DNA from: an uncultured Poribacteria bacterium | GTDB lineage: Bacteria > Poribacteria > WGA-4E > WGA-3G | DNA: 64,000 nucleotides | NCBI GenBank assembly: GCA_951813565.1 | Contig: OX638351.1 | Span: forward strand, 1,472,001 to 1,536,000 | Direction: 5' to 3' | Shown: one piece after another, positions 19,248 through 29,894 of the stretch | How the letters are laid out: each line of letters opens with the position of its first letter | How positions within the stretch are numbered: position 1 is the first letter of the stretch | The notes under the pieces: generated by a model | The model's database searches: none | The model's input: the letters and a program-made list of their open reading frames with translations, nothing else | Told to the model about the DNA's origin: nothing | Translations under genes and position numbers: made by a program

Positions 19248-19350
19248 TGTAGGTTGGGTAGAGCGTAAGCAAAACCCATAACTGTCAACTTAAGGATATG
19301 TTTTCTTGTGGGAGGGCTTTCTAAGCCCGATTTTCTTGTAGGAGCGACTC
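19248..19350. repeat. REP-like hairpin cluster
   Basis: gtaggttgggtagagcgtaagcaaaaccca; gtgggagggctttctaagcccgattt; gtaggagcga. Confidence 0.7.
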
Positions 19351-19443
19351 TTGTAGTTACCACATATCAACACGTGTCTACATATTTTTATATTTCACCT
19401 TGAGTTGTTAGTTGTCAATGAAAAACTGAATACCATCCTGACT

Positions 19444-20340
19444 ATGAACATTGTCATCCTTTCCCGTGGACCCGAAAACCACTCAACCAGCAGCCTCGTT
19501 GAAGCCGCTGAAAATGCTGGACACACCGCCCAAGTCCGAGATCCATTCGGTTTTTATCTTCAAATCGGTGGCACTGGAAATCGTATCACCTATGATGGAG
19601 TTCCCGCAGAAGATTTTGATGTCGTTATCCCACGACTCAGCGGTGCCACAGCAAGATACGGCGGAGAGGTTCTGTCTCATTTTGAATGGCTCGGCATTTC
19701 TGTGGTGAATTCCGCACATGCTATCGCGGACGCACGGCATAAATTTCGTTCCCTACGTATCCTCGCACAGCACGGATTACCTGTCCCGCCGAGTCTCACG
19801 GTCGGTTCCGCCACGTTTTTAGAAGATGCCACACCTGAAATAGGGGATTATCCGTTCATTATAAAACCTTTTTACGGCACCCACGGAATTGGTGTGATGT
19901 TGTTGGATACGCCAACTTCCCTAAACTCAGCTGTAGAGACGATGTGTGACCTTCATCGGGATTATGTCATTCAATCCTTTATTGCAGAAGCGGCTGGTGT
20001 TGACATCCGAGTTCTGGTTGTCGGAGGCAAAGTAATAGCGGCGATGAAAAGATGTGCAGTCCCCGGTGAATTCCGAGCGAACATTCACCAAGGCGCAAAC
20101 GGCGAAGCGATAACGCTCACAAACGAATACAGTCGTATCGCTACTGATGCAGCAGCCGCATTAAAATTAGGGATCGCTGGTGTAGATATACTTGAAACAA
20201 AAAATGGTCCTGTTACCTTAGAAGTCAACCCGTCACCTGGCTTTGAAGAATTAGAGTCGGTAACTAAAATTGATATTGCAAAGACAATGATTGAATATGC
20301 TGTGCAATTGGCAGAAAATCACAAACGAGATACGACCTAA
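19444..20340 (+). CDS. rimK: RimK family ATP-grasp alpha-L-glutamate ligase
   Basis: MNIVILSRG, FDVVIPR, GTHGIGV, DIRVLVVG, FRANIHQG, LEVNPSPG. Confidence 0.85.
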   Translation: MNIVILSRGPENHSTSSLVEAAENAGHTAQVRDPFGFYLQIGGTGNRITYDGVPAEDFDVVIPRLSGATARYGGEVLSHFEWLGISVVNSAHAIADARHKFRSLRILAQHGLPVPPSLTVGSATFLEDATPEIGDYPFIIKPFYGTHGIGVMLLDTPTSLNSAVETMCDLHRDYVIQSFIAEAAGVDIRVLVVGGKVIAAMKRCAVPGEFRANIHQGANGEAITLTNEYSRIATDAAAALKLGIAGVDILETKNGPVTLEVNPSPGFEELESVTKIDIAKTMIEYAVQLAENHKRDTT

Positions 20341-20357
20341 AAGGAATACGTAACTAA

Positions 20358-21527
20358 TTGGCTTCTCATCAACGAAAAATTTTGATGTTCAATCATGAAT
20401 TCCCTCCTATCGGTGGTGGTGGTGGTTGGGTGAATTATTTCTTAGGGAAACATTTCGCTGCAGCGGGACACGATGTGCATCTGATTACCTCACAATTTCG
20501 TGATTGTGCAAAAATGGAAGAAATAGAAGGTTTTCATGTGCATCGGGTGAACGCACTACGGAAAAATCCGAATGTATGTGCAGTTCACGAGATGCTAACT
20601 TATGCAGTGAGTTCCAGTATTTATGGGTTGAAATTTGCAAAGCAGTTCAAACCGGATATTGTTCAAGTCTTTTTCGGTATTCCTGCGGGAGGCGGCGCAT
20701 ATCTTCTGCAAAAATTCAATAATGTACCGTATGTTGTGTTTTTAGGTGGACGAGATGTGCCGCGTCCCAATCCCGATCCGCCTTATTATCGTTGGCTATA
20801 CTTGCTGCTAAAACCAATGATTCGAGCGATTTGGGACAACGCTGCTGCGGTCGTAGCCTGCAGTGACGGTCTACGAGACCTCGCGCATATAACAGATACA
20901 AACTTAAAAATGGATGTCATTCCTGATGGCTTAGATTTAGCAAGTTTTGAATCAACACAACGGAAGACGAATCCGAAAACACTGCGCTGTCTTGCCATTG
21001 GCAGACTTATTCCGCGTAAGGGGTTCCAATTTCTCATTCGCGCGCTTCCACAGATTCTTGATAAAGTTCCGCAAAATTTTGAGATAGAGATTGTTGGTGA
21101 TGGGCCCTACCGCGAAGAACTGATAGGATTAGCAAGAAACCTCAATGTAGATTCATATATCCGTTTTGTTGGCACGGTGCCATATTCAGAATTACCGCAA
21201 AAGTACCGTGAAGCAGACATCTTTATTTTACCCTCATTAGCTGAAGGCATGCCGCTCGTCGTTTTGGAGGCAATGGGAACAGGTCTGCCGATTATCGCGA
21301 GCCGTGTTCAAGGTATTGATGAACTTGTCGTGGAAGACGTTAACGGTGTATTGTTTGATCCCGGCGATGTTGATGAACTCGCAATTAGTCTTGCCAAACT
21401 CATTAACGCAGGTGAAACGCGAGTTGAGATGGGAAAAGCAAGCAGAGAAAAGGTTAAACCCTACGATTGGAAAAACATCGCTGACACATATCTTGCCCTT
21501 TATGACGACATTCTAACAAAATATTAA
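20358..21527 (+). CDS. Glycosyltransferase family 4
   Basis: EFPPIGGGGG, GRLIPRKG, PSLAEGMPLVVLEAM. Confidence 0.92.
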   Translation: MASHQRKILMFNHEFPPIGGGGGWVNYFLGKHFAAAGHDVHLITSQFRDCAKMEEIEGFHVHRVNALRKNPNVCAVHEMLTYAVSSSIYGLKFAKQFKPDIVQVFFGIPAGGGAYLLQKFNNVPYVVFLGGRDVPRPNPDPPYYRWLYLLLKPMIRAIWDNAAAVVACSDGLRDLAHITDTNLKMDVIPDGLDLASFESTQRKTNPKTLRCLAIGRLIPRKGFQFLIRALPQILDKVPQNFEIEIVGDGPYREELIGLARNLNVDSYIRFVGTVPYSELPQKYREADIFILPSLAEGMPLVVLEAMGTGLPIIASRVQGIDELVVEDVNGVLFDPGDVDELAISLAKLINAGETRVEMGKASREKVKPYDWKNIADTYLALYDDILTKY

Positions 21528-21597
21528 TTGTAGGAGCGATCTCCGAATCGCGACCCTCTTGTAGGAGCGATCCTAAGAAAGGAGAACAAACAGACAC

Positions 21598-23055
21598 ATG
21601 CTTCCAATAAAAATACTTGCTATCGGTGCGGGCGGTTTACAGCGCGCCTTAACACACCAATTTGTTCATATCCTCAATCAACGAGAACTTTACAATGGCG
21701 GAATCTTTGTTGGGCAACCGAGAGGGACTGAAAAAGCCGATGCCTTTAACACACAAGAAGGCGTATATCATGTCGTCACATTTGATCTTGCCGGTATTCA
21801 TGACATCCAACAGATTTCAAGTGTAGTTGGTGCGACAACGCTTTCAACTGAAGTAGGACGAGAACAGTTCTATGCACAAACCGAAAATCCGTTAGACCTT
21901 ATTTTAATAGGCGTAACCGAAGCAGGAATCGCTAAAGGCGAACTCGCTATGGATGTGTTAGATGAGACGCTTTATCGCTATTTTAGTCATCACGGCGCAG
22001 ATGCGGACATCTGTGTTATCAATACCGATAACCTCCGAAACAATGGCGATGTTATCCAAGATATTCTTCTCAACGAATATCCGAAACGCATCGATGATTA
22101 TACAGAATGGTTGACGACAAAAGTCGGTTTCCTCAACGAGATGGGAGACAGACTTGTACCGCATGTGGACGCTGTCCCCGATGAGATTAAGGAAGCAGCA
22201 CAAGCACAGATTGAAGGTTCTGATAAATTGATTACCTACGCAGAACAAATGCCCGCGACACCGCTGATTCTTGAAGACTTGGGCGATAGGTTACGCGTTC
22301 CCTTCGGTGAACTTGATGACTATAGCGTTGTTGTTAGTCGGGATAGCATTGAACCGTATCACGATTGGAAATTGCTGCTCGTGAATTCCGTGCATGTGCC
22401 GGGAATTACACACAAAGGCACACTCTCTGGGATTGACTTTGTTAATGAGGCAGCATCACATTCTGTATTCGCACTGCATCTGGAACGGTTGATGCGCGGA
22501 TACGCAGAAATTGTTGAGGCAGATATTCCGATAGATGGGAAAAGCGCGCATGCGTATACACTGGAATTCATTGACCGTATCCGCCGTGTTAAAGATGATA
22601 ACGCACGGATTAACATCATTGAAACGGTAAAACTCCGTGAACGCGCAGCGGATATTGTTCGATCACCGAACTATCATAATAGCACAGAACTTTTCAAATC
22701 CGATTTCGCTTACTCCTTCGCAACTGTGCTCCGATTTTTGACACCACACACAATATCAGGTGACGACTACCGAGGCATCACCGATACAGGCGCAGAATAC
22801 GAAATCCGAGACCCCGACCGCACTATACAGGATGTGTTGAAAGGATCATTTGGCACAAGCGAAACAGATGTGGAAAGCCGAATAGAAACCATTTTCTCAA
22901 ACGCAACCCTATGGGCACCGCAAAACGCAAAACCTGAAAATGCATTAAGTCAAAATCAAGACTTTAGTAGGCGTGTTGCACACTATTATCATCAATTGGT
23001 CAATGGGAAAACATGTCTTGAGGTTTTAGAAAGCATCAATTTGCAGAACGCGTAA
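21598..23055 (+). CDS. Mannitol dehydrogenase family (altronate/tagaturonate reductase-like)
   Basis: IGAGGLQRA, TEAGI, NNGDV, DRLVP, PYHDWKLLLVN. Confidence 0.7.
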   Translation: MLPIKILAIGAGGLQRALTHQFVHILNQRELYNGGIFVGQPRGTEKADAFNTQEGVYHVVTFDLAGIHDIQQISSVVGATTLSTEVGREQFYAQTENPLDLILIGVTEAGIAKGELAMDVLDETLYRYFSHHGADADICVINTDNLRNNGDVIQDILLNEYPKRIDDYTEWLTTKVGFLNEMGDRLVPHVDAVPDEIKEAAQAQIEGSDKLITYAEQMPATPLILEDLGDRLRVPFGELDDYSVVVSRDSIEPYHDWKLLLVNSVHVPGITHKGTLSGIDFVNEAASHSVFALHLERLMRGYAEIVEADIPIDGKSAHAYTLEFIDRIRRVKDDNARINIIETVKLRERAADIVRSPNYHNSTELFKSDFAYSFATVLRFLTPHTISGDDYRGITDTGAEYEIRDPDRTIQDVLKGSFGTSETDVESRIETIFSNATLWAPQNAKPENALSQNQDFSRRVAHYYHQLVNGKTCLEVLESINLQNA

Positions 23056-23118
23056 AAGAAAAGGCGCGCTTACAAAGCACGCCTACAAGAAAATCAGACT
23101 TATCAAGAACAGCAGGGA

Positions 23119-24072
23119 CTAACCAGCAAGAGAAATAACACCCTTCTTACGTTGCAACACAGCATCATAAAACCGCATCGTACCGACACAATCATGAATG
23201 CTTGATACAGGTTCTCTGTCCTCACGAATAGCGTTAGCAAACTCAGTGAGACTGATACCGTCACCCGTCAATTCACCATTGCGTTGATCCGAAAAGTTAG
23301 ATGAAAAATGATTTCCACCTTCTGTATAATGTTTAAAACCCCACAATCCATCTAAGACGATATATTCATGCTGCCCAGTAATTTCAATATGGTCGTAGTT
23401 GCGTCCCCATAAACGTTGGCTACTGAGTTGCAAAGTTCCAACCGCACCGTTCGTATATTCTACGGCAACAGCGAATGAACCTTGTCCGTCAACCTCATTG
23501 TGAAAAACGCTAAGTTCATTAACATCAGCACCAGCAATGTGCCGTGCTAAATCGAAGTGATGGATAGCGAAATCAAGTAGATAATGTTTGAGCGATCCGT
23601 ACTTTCCACTACAGAACGAACAGAAAAGTTGTGTGAGTTGACCGAAGGATTCGGTCTGCATGATTCTCCGTGCCTCTCGCACACCAAGGCTAAACCGACG
23701 TTGAAAGTTCACCATCAATGTCTTGCCATGCTTTTCAGCGGTCTCTGCCAGAGTAATCGTTTCTTCAAGCGACGGGGCGGGAGGTTTCGGCGTAAAAACA
23801 TGATACCCAGCCGCAAGTGTCTCAAGCACGAGTGGCTGCCTCGGATCCGGTCCCATACTTATGATTACTGCTTCCAAATCCTCTTTTTCAAACATTTCGT
23901 GTCGATCCAAATAATATCTGCCTGTACCAAATTTACCTGCCGCAGATTTTGCTCTATTTTCGTCTGCATCACAAACCGCTTGCAGTGCTACTGGTGCTAA
24001 ATGTAACGCGGGATAGATCGTGTGCCTCGCGAACCCACCAGCACCCAGAAATCCAATTCGAAGAGGTTCCAT
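23119..24072 (-). CDS. Gfo/Idh/MocA oxidoreductase
   Basis: IGFLGAGGFA, HVFTPKPPA, VNFQRRF, DFAIHHFD. Confidence 0.88.
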   Translation of the reverse strand: MEPLRIGFLGAGGFARHTIYPALHLAPVALQAVCDADENRAKSAAGKFGTGRYYLDRHEMFEKEDLEAVIISMGPDPRQPLVLETLAAGYHVFTPKPPAPSLEETITLAETAEKHGKTLMVNFQRRFSLGVREARRIMQTESFGQLTQLFCSFCSGKYGSLKHYLLDFAIHHFDLARHIAGADVNELSVFHNEVDGQGSFAVAVEYTNGAVGTLQLSSQRLWGRNYDHIEITGQHEYIVLDGLWGFKHYTEGGNHFSSNFSDQRNGELTGDGISLTEFANAIREDREPVSSIHDCVGTMRFYDAVLQRKKGVISLAG

Positions 24073-24451
24073 ATTATTTCCTTTGTACGCTTCAATGTGC
24101 GTTTTCAAAAATAAAAATTTGTATCCAATTTAGCATAACTCTACTTCTCTGTAAAGAAAAATCACAATACAACCAAGCCATGTAGTTTTCGGTATCCCTT
24201 ACGTTTTAGCATGGTCGCGACCAGGAGTCGCTCCTACAAGAAGAGATATTTGACAGAAGCACCTACAGTTAGGGAAAACGTCTACAGACAAATGTTCGTC
24301 TATTTCATATTCCACCATAATATGATGCAAACCATCTGCCTGAATTCCGTTTTAACTCAACCTAATTAACAAAAATCTGTCAAAAAACAACACGCAAATA
24401 GAGAATATCGCACAAATTTTTTCTCCTTCCTGATGAAAGACAAAAAAGAGA

Positions 24452-25822
24452 ATGTATAAAAAAAGAAACAACCAACGGCGAAACTTCGGATTTGCCCTGC
24501 TTCAAGGCACCTTCATGCGAATCAACCTCGCTTTTGTAGATGCATCAACGGTGCTTTCTGCTTTTATCCATAAGCTCACTGGGTCCGAGATGATGGTAGG
24601 TTTGACCGGTTCAATAATGACAGCAGGTTGGATGTGGCCACAGTTGTTGGTGTCAAATCTGCTGGAACATCGCCAGCGCAAAATGCCGTATTACGCAGTC
24701 GGCATGAGCATCCGCGTGTTCGCATGGCTTGCAATCTCCTTTTGTACTATTGGTATTGGCGCACAAAATCCGATCTTACTCGCTGTCTGCTTTTTAGGAT
24801 TCTATTTTCTGTCTTCCTCTGCAATGGGTGTTTCTACGCTGCCCTATATGGACATCATTTCTAAATCCATAGCACCAAATCGACGAGCGCGCTTTTTTAG
24901 TTTACGGCAAATCTTTGGCGGATTTTTTGGAATTTGGGTTGGGTTTTTGGTGCGTGCTATGCTCGGAAATGAAGATGAATTTACTGGCATCCTCGGATGG
25001 ATTACGCAGGGCTTCAAAACGCTTACTATGTATTTTATCAGTTCCGTTTGTCAGATAGAGACTGAACTCGGATTTCCATCTAATTACGCCTTTCTCTTTA
25101 TTTGCTCGGTAAGCACTGCTTTTCTCTCGTTCATTAGTTTCTTAGCTGTGCGTGAACCGATTCATCCTGTCAACTCTCAACGCCAACCGATGTGGCAACA
25201 CCTAAAGCAGGGCCCACATTTCTTACGAACAGACCCAAATTATCGGAGATTTATCTTCTTCCGTATCGGATTGCATTTTTCCAGTATGGCAACCCCTTTT
25301 TACACAACTTACGCCTTGTTTGAATTAGGTGTTTCTGAGGCAACTATCGGTTTTTTCATCGTATGTTCCGCACTAAGCGGTGTCGTTTCAAACGCATTTT
25401 GGGGGTATATCGGTGAAAAATATGGGGTGCGGTGGGTGCTGATTATCACAGCAGGGCTAATGTTGTTCCCACCGATAATGGCATTCTTTTCTGGAGTATT
25501 GCCCGTTTCTTTTCACGTGCCTGTCTACCTGTCAATCTTCACGATTGGTGGTATCTTGACAAACGGTATGATGGTTGGATTCATGGCATACATGCTAAAC
25601 ATCGCGCCGCCGCGCAGTCGTCCGAGTTACATCGGATTTATGAACACGCTGCTCTTACCCGCCAGTTTCGCGCCGGTAATAGGAGGTCTCCTTGTGAAGC
25701 TTATCGGTTATCGGTGGTTGTTTGCTGTGTGTTTTGGTATCTGTCTTATTGCCTTCCGCATCGCAACAGGACTACAAGAAATCATGCATGAGGATGAGTT
25801 GGAAGAGAATACTGAAGTGTAG
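24452..25822 (+). CDS. MFS transporter
   Basis: About 12 hydrophobic segments; WGYIGEKYG and APPRSRPSY motifs. Confidence 0.85.
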   Translation: MYKKRNNQRRNFGFALLQGTFMRINLAFVDASTVLSAFIHKLTGSEMMVGLTGSIMTAGWMWPQLLVSNLLEHRQRKMPYYAVGMSIRVFAWLAISFCTIGIGAQNPILLAVCFLGFYFLSSSAMGVSTLPYMDIISKSIAPNRRARFFSLRQIFGGFFGIWVGFLVRAMLGNEDEFTGILGWITQGFKTLTMYFISSVCQIETELGFPSNYAFLFICSVSTAFLSFISFLAVREPIHPVNSQRQPMWQHLKQGPHFLRTDPNYRRFIFFRIGLHFSSMATPFYTTYALFELGVSEATIGFFIVCSALSGVVSNAFWGYIGEKYGVRWVLIITAGLMLFPPIMAFFSGVLPVSFHVPVYLSIFTIGGILTNGMMVGFMAYMLNIAPPRSRPSYIGFMNTLLLPASFAPVIGGLLVKLIGYRWLFAVCFGICLIAFRIATGLQEIMHEDELEENTEV

Positions 25823-26039
25823 GATTTTGGGTTCGCAATATCGTTGAAATCTTATGCCAAATATGGTATCATTTTGAAACAAGCAATCAGCAACTTTGGG
25901 AAAGTGAATGAAGAAAGAAAATCAAGACCACTAAAAGACAGTTGACGAAATACAGAGTAATATTCTTACCGTCGGATTCGCGAGATAGTTGGCAAATATG
26001 AACTAACCAAACACAGTCAACTTTAAGGGATTTAGCAAC

Positions 26040-26753
26040 ATGGAACAGCGATTTGAGAAATGGAATAATTGGCTTGATAAAATTGATGTAGATGTCTGCC
26101 GCCTTATCAGTAATCGAACAATCTTCCGAGAAGTCCAAGAGATTATTGATAACAATCCGAAGATCCAAAGTCCAAATTTATTTTATGCATATCTTGAAGA
26201 CACCTATGTTGCTTTTACAGCAATGGCAGTTCGTCGACAAATCAAGCCACAGAAAAATAGTATTTCATTTACTGGACTGTTGCAAGAAATAATAGATACT
26301 CCTTGCGTACTTTCACGAGAACGTTTTACAAATATGTACCCGCAATCTATGCAAAAGCGTGCTAATTCTGATTTTTCACAATTTGCGGGAAGCTGTGAAG
26401 ACCATGTTGACCCCAACGTGGTTAGACAAGATTTGAAAAATTTAAATGATTTGGGATCTGAATTGGAAGTCTTCGCGGACAAACGGATAGCACACCACGA
26501 CAAGCGTACGCCGGAAAAAGTGCCAACTTTTGATAACTTGGATGCGTGTATAGATTACCTGGAAGAACTCACTAAAAAGTATTTATTATTATTTAGGGGT
26601 GTAGCAAGACCTTTACCAATTATAACAAACTTAGGTGATTGGCAAGAAATTTTTCGAGAACCCTGGATACTTCCAGATGATATGTCAAGCGTTGATTCAA
26701 CTGAGTGGTGGAATACTGAAGGTGATAAGGAGTGGGATGAATGGTCTCCGTGA
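26040..26753 (+). CDS. HEPN (AbiU2-like) domain protein with Trp/Asp-rich C-terminal tail
   Basis: AMAVRRQ..SISFTGLL..FADKRIAHHD (HEPN-like), DWQEIFREPW; tail overlaps pemK start. Confidence 0.6.
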   Translation: MEQRFEKWNNWLDKIDVDVCRLISNRTIFREVQEIIDNNPKIQSPNLFYAYLEDTYVAFTAMAVRRQIKPQKNSISFTGLLQEIIDTPCVLSRERFTNMYPQSMQKRANSDFSQFAGSCEDHVDPNVVRQDLKNLNDLGSELEVFADKRIAHHDKRTPEKVPTFDNLDACIDYLEELTKKYLLLFRGVARPLPIITNLGDWQEIFREPWILPDDMSSVDSTEWWNTEGDKEWDEWSP

Positions 26754-27076
26754 AACCGGCAGATGTCGTGATTGCCGATTTTCCGGGTATCACAGGAGTT
26801 AAGAGGCGTCCAGCGGCGGTTCTTTCAACAATAGATTATCACGTTTTCCACAGAGACGTAATTCTTGGTGCGATCACTACCAATTTGGCAGTGGCGACAA
26901 CACCGACAGACCATTTGATCGTAGATTGGACAATGGCAGGACTCCGAAGACCGAGTGCGTTCAGAACTTTCCTTGTGACGCTTCCACAAAGAGAACTGAT
27001 AGCAACAATTGGACACTTATCAGATTCCGACCGTACAGCAGTAGAAGAATGTGTACGAAAAGCAATTGCCGTATGA
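26741..27076 (+). CDS. PemK/MazF family toxin
   Basis: DVVIADFPG..KRRPAAVLS..AITTN..DWTMAGL..IGHLSDSD. Confidence 0.88.
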   Translation: MVSVKPADVVIADFPGITGVKRRPAAVLSTIDYHVFHRDVILGAITTNLAVATTPTDHLIVDWTMAGLRRPSAFRTFLVTLPQRELIATIGHLSDSDRTAVEECVRKAIAV

Positions 27077-27094
27077 ATACCTAAAGTCTAAGTC

Positions 27095-28507
27095 ATGCTC
27101 ACAAACCAACTCCCCAATATCCTCCTCATCATGTCCGACGAACATGCCCCGATGTTTAGTGGACCGTATGGACATTCCCTTGTCCAAACGCCACACATGG
27201 ACAGACTTGCCAAAGACGGTGTCACCTTCACAAATGCCTACTGCAATTCACCGCTCTGCATGCCCTCACGGATGTCCTTCATGACAGGTAGGTATATCCA
27301 TCACATAGGTGCGTGGGACAATGCAGCACCGTTGCGTCCAGATGCTGTCACGTGGCCACATCTCCTACGCGACGCTGGTTATGATGTCGTTCTCTCAGGA
27401 AAACAGCATTTCGGAGGGATGGATCAGTTGCACGGGTTTCGTGCGCAACTTGCCCGAGACCTTCACGCAGAAAGGCAGCACGGTCTTACGGACTGGGATA
27501 ACGGCACGCCACCAGCATCCCGTCCCTGGCAAGGACTCGCACAAGCTGCTCCCGGAACAACGGTGGAAATTGAAGTTGATGACCTTGCTGAGGCAGAGGC
27601 TTTAACGTATCTCCGAGACCCGGCGCGACAAGAACAACCGTGGGCACTCAACGTCTCGTTCATTGCGCCCCATTTTCCGCTTGTTGTCCCACAACGGTTT
27701 TGGGACCTTTATCCACTTTATGAGATTGATTTACCCAACATTCCAGACGGACACCTTGAAAATCAGCATCCTGTCTATCAACGGATGCGGCGCATGTTCG
27801 GATGTGTTGATTTTCCAGAGGATTTAGTCCGTCGCGCACGCGCAGGCTATTACGGGTTAATTACCTACCTTGATGAGAAGATCGGAAATCTGATTCAGAC
27901 ACTTGAGGAGACAAGGCAGTTGGAGAATACCGTTGTCATCTATACCAGTGATCACGGTGAGATGAACGGCGAACACGGCATGTGGCGCAAGTCAAACTTC
28001 TATGAGGCTTCCGCTCGTGTGCCGCTACAGATTATGTTTCCTGAACAGGTGCCGGCAGGCAAACGCATTGATGAAGTCGTCTCACTTATTGACCTGACAG
28101 CAACGTTGGTTGATTTTGCAGGTGGACATTCCTTAAGTCAATTTGATGGTGATAGTCTGCTTCCCTTGATACAAGGCACAGCAACCGATTGGAAAGATTT
28201 CGCGTTCTCCGAATATCTTGCCCACGGCGTTGAACGTCCAATGGCGATGTTACGTAAAGGGAGATACAAATTCAACTATAGCCTCGGGGATCCACCTGAA
28301 CTTTACGATATAATTGAAGATCCAGGTGAATTTCGCAATCTTGCCAATGAACCTGAATATCAGAACATCTGCAACGAAATGCAAACACAACTGTTAGCAG
28401 AATGGGACCCCATTGAAATTGAGACACAGGTGCGAGAGAGTCAGAAGGCACGTATACTGATTGATAAAGTCACTGATGGTCAATGGCGAAAGCCGCCTGA
28501 TAAGTGA
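27095..28507 (+). CDS. Sulfatase (choline-sulfatase-like)
   Basis: SDEH, CMPSR formylglycine motif, GKQH, SDHGEM. Confidence 0.92.
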   Translation: MLTNQLPNILLIMSDEHAPMFSGPYGHSLVQTPHMDRLAKDGVTFTNAYCNSPLCMPSRMSFMTGRYIHHIGAWDNAAPLRPDAVTWPHLLRDAGYDVVLSGKQHFGGMDQLHGFRAQLARDLHAERQHGLTDWDNGTPPASRPWQGLAQAAPGTTVEIEVDDLAEAEALTYLRDPARQEQPWALNVSFIAPHFPLVVPQRFWDLYPLYEIDLPNIPDGHLENQHPVYQRMRRMFGCVDFPEDLVRRARAGYYGLITYLDEKIGNLIQTLEETRQLENTVVIYTSDHGEMNGEHGMWRKSNFYEASARVPLQIMFPEQVPAGKRIDEVVSLIDLTATLVDFAGGHSLSQFDGDSLLPLIQGTATDWKDFAFSEYLAHGVERPMAMLRKGRYKFNYSLGDPPELYDIIEDPGEFRNLANEPEYQNICNEMQTQLLAEWDPIEIETQVRESQKARILIDKVTDGQWRKPPDK

Positions 28508-28572
28508 AAGCAGAAAAAGAAAAGAATACTGACTTCCAACCTTCCAATTTTTTGTTGTAAGTTTGCTATTAT

Positions 28573-28845
28573 AATCTAAGTTGCTACCTATGTAGCACAA
28601 ACTTTATGAAGATTAAGAAAATATTTCGGTAATTCTAATTTTTCCCAAACCCGGTAGGTGCGGTTTCCTAACCGCACTGGATCTTTCTCCAAAATTACCG
28701 AATTAATAAATTAAACTTCATTTAGTTTGTGTCATAAGGGCGCAAACTAAAAGTTCACGCTACAAAATATTGGCTAATTATCAGCATTTTTTTCACTAAA
28801 GATGGAGTTTCCATGTCTAAAATCTTATAGGTAGCAACTTGGGTT
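28573..28845. mobile_element. Nested MITE-like inverted-repeat element around a REP
   Basis: IR pairs 28573-28591/28827-28845, 28596-28616/28711-28731, 28625-28634/28693-28702; REP at 28654-28677. Confidence 0.7.
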
Positions 28846-28847
28846 AT

Positions 28848-28921
28848 TATAGTAAAACCCGAAATTACCTATATACCGCAGCTCCCTGACGACCTGTAAA
28901 CATATTTCGAATTTTACTATA
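28848..28921. mobile_element. MITE with TATAGTAAAA terminal inverted repeats
   Basis: tatagtaaaacc...ttttactata; same ends at 29756-29894 and 32585-32821. Confidence 0.7.
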
Positions 28922-29714
28922 AAAATTCATTGGGAATCTGTGAACTGGGGTAGTCCTTGTTTTCATCTCGATTCAAAACGGGTTCAGGAATTTCGTCGTT
29001 CCAATAGTCTGGAATAGTGTTTGGACGGCTAATCCATACGAGAAGCATTGTGCGTCGTTCGTCCGTATAGTTTTTTCGGACTGAATGCAGAAGGCGTGCG
29101 TCTCGCATCACTAATGAACCTGCCTTAACACATACATCCACCTGATCTGGATGGTCACTGAACATCACAGAATATTCTTCTTTAGATTCTGATCCTGGTT
29201 TTCGGACATTACTGAGTTCGCTTGCATAGAGAAGTTTGTCGTGCAAATCAATGCGCTTGTAATGCGTGCTCGGAATAACCTTTAAACATCCGTTTTCTGG
29301 TGTTGTATCGGTGAGATAATACTTCATAAAGATATGTTGCGGCCAAGGGGCATAACTAATTGGATCATTCCAATAGAACCAATCTTGATGCCAATAGAGT
29401 GGAGGTGCTCCTGGATCTTTCGTCAGAATGGTGATACCTCCGGCGACTGGGAAATCGCCAAATCCCATTTTTTCTAATGCCTTGAGAGTAGGGTGCCATT
29501 CTAACAGTCTCTGAATGAGAGTATTATCTTCGCTTGTAACTTGTAGATGATGTCCATGATATCTGGTATGGTCTGGTTGCACATAATTAGCGAGAAGTCG
29601 TTCCGATTCGTCACGGAGTTCCTGTAGGAATGCATCTGTGAGAATGTTGTCAATGACACAGAAACCATCGCGAATCATTTGCTCGCGTTTTTGTAAAGCG
29701 ACTTCAGAAGTCAT
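28917..29714 (-). CDS. PhyH family dioxygenase
   Basis: LYWHQDW, YLTDTTPENGCLKVIPSTH, DARLLHS. Confidence 0.9.
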   Translation of the reverse strand: MTSEVALQKREQMIRDGFCVIDNILTDAFLQELRDESERLLANYVQPDHTRYHGHHLQVTSEDNTLIQRLLEWHPTLKALEKMGFGDFPVAGGITILTKDPGAPPLYWHQDWFYWNDPISYAPWPQHIFMKYYLTDTTPENGCLKVIPSTHYKRIDLHDKLLYASELSNVRKPGSESKEEYSVMFSDHPDQVDVCVKAGSLVMRDARLLHSVRKNYTDERRTMLLVWISRPNTIPDYWNDEIPEPVLNRDENKDYPSSQIPNEFL

Positions 29715-29755
29715 TAAAGTTCTCCATAGAGTTTATACTAAACTTTGGACAATTT

Positions 29756-29894
29756 TATAGTAAAACCCATAATTACTGTATACACCAACGCAATGGCTAG
29801 GTTCCTAGCGGAAACACCCAAGCAAAACACCTCGCCAGCGGCGATGAGCGTTTACTTCATGAAAACCTGTCTACATGTTTCGATCTTTACTATA
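29756..29894. mobile_element. MITE with TATAGTAAA TIRs
   Basis: tatagtaaaacccataatta...gatctttactata. Confidence 0.65.

Noticed and set aside
25808..26725. 11-bp gaatactgaag shared by the MFS gene end and the HEPN tail, as an att-like repeat
   Set aside because: Too short to distinguish from chance and does not bracket the whole HEPN-PemK unit
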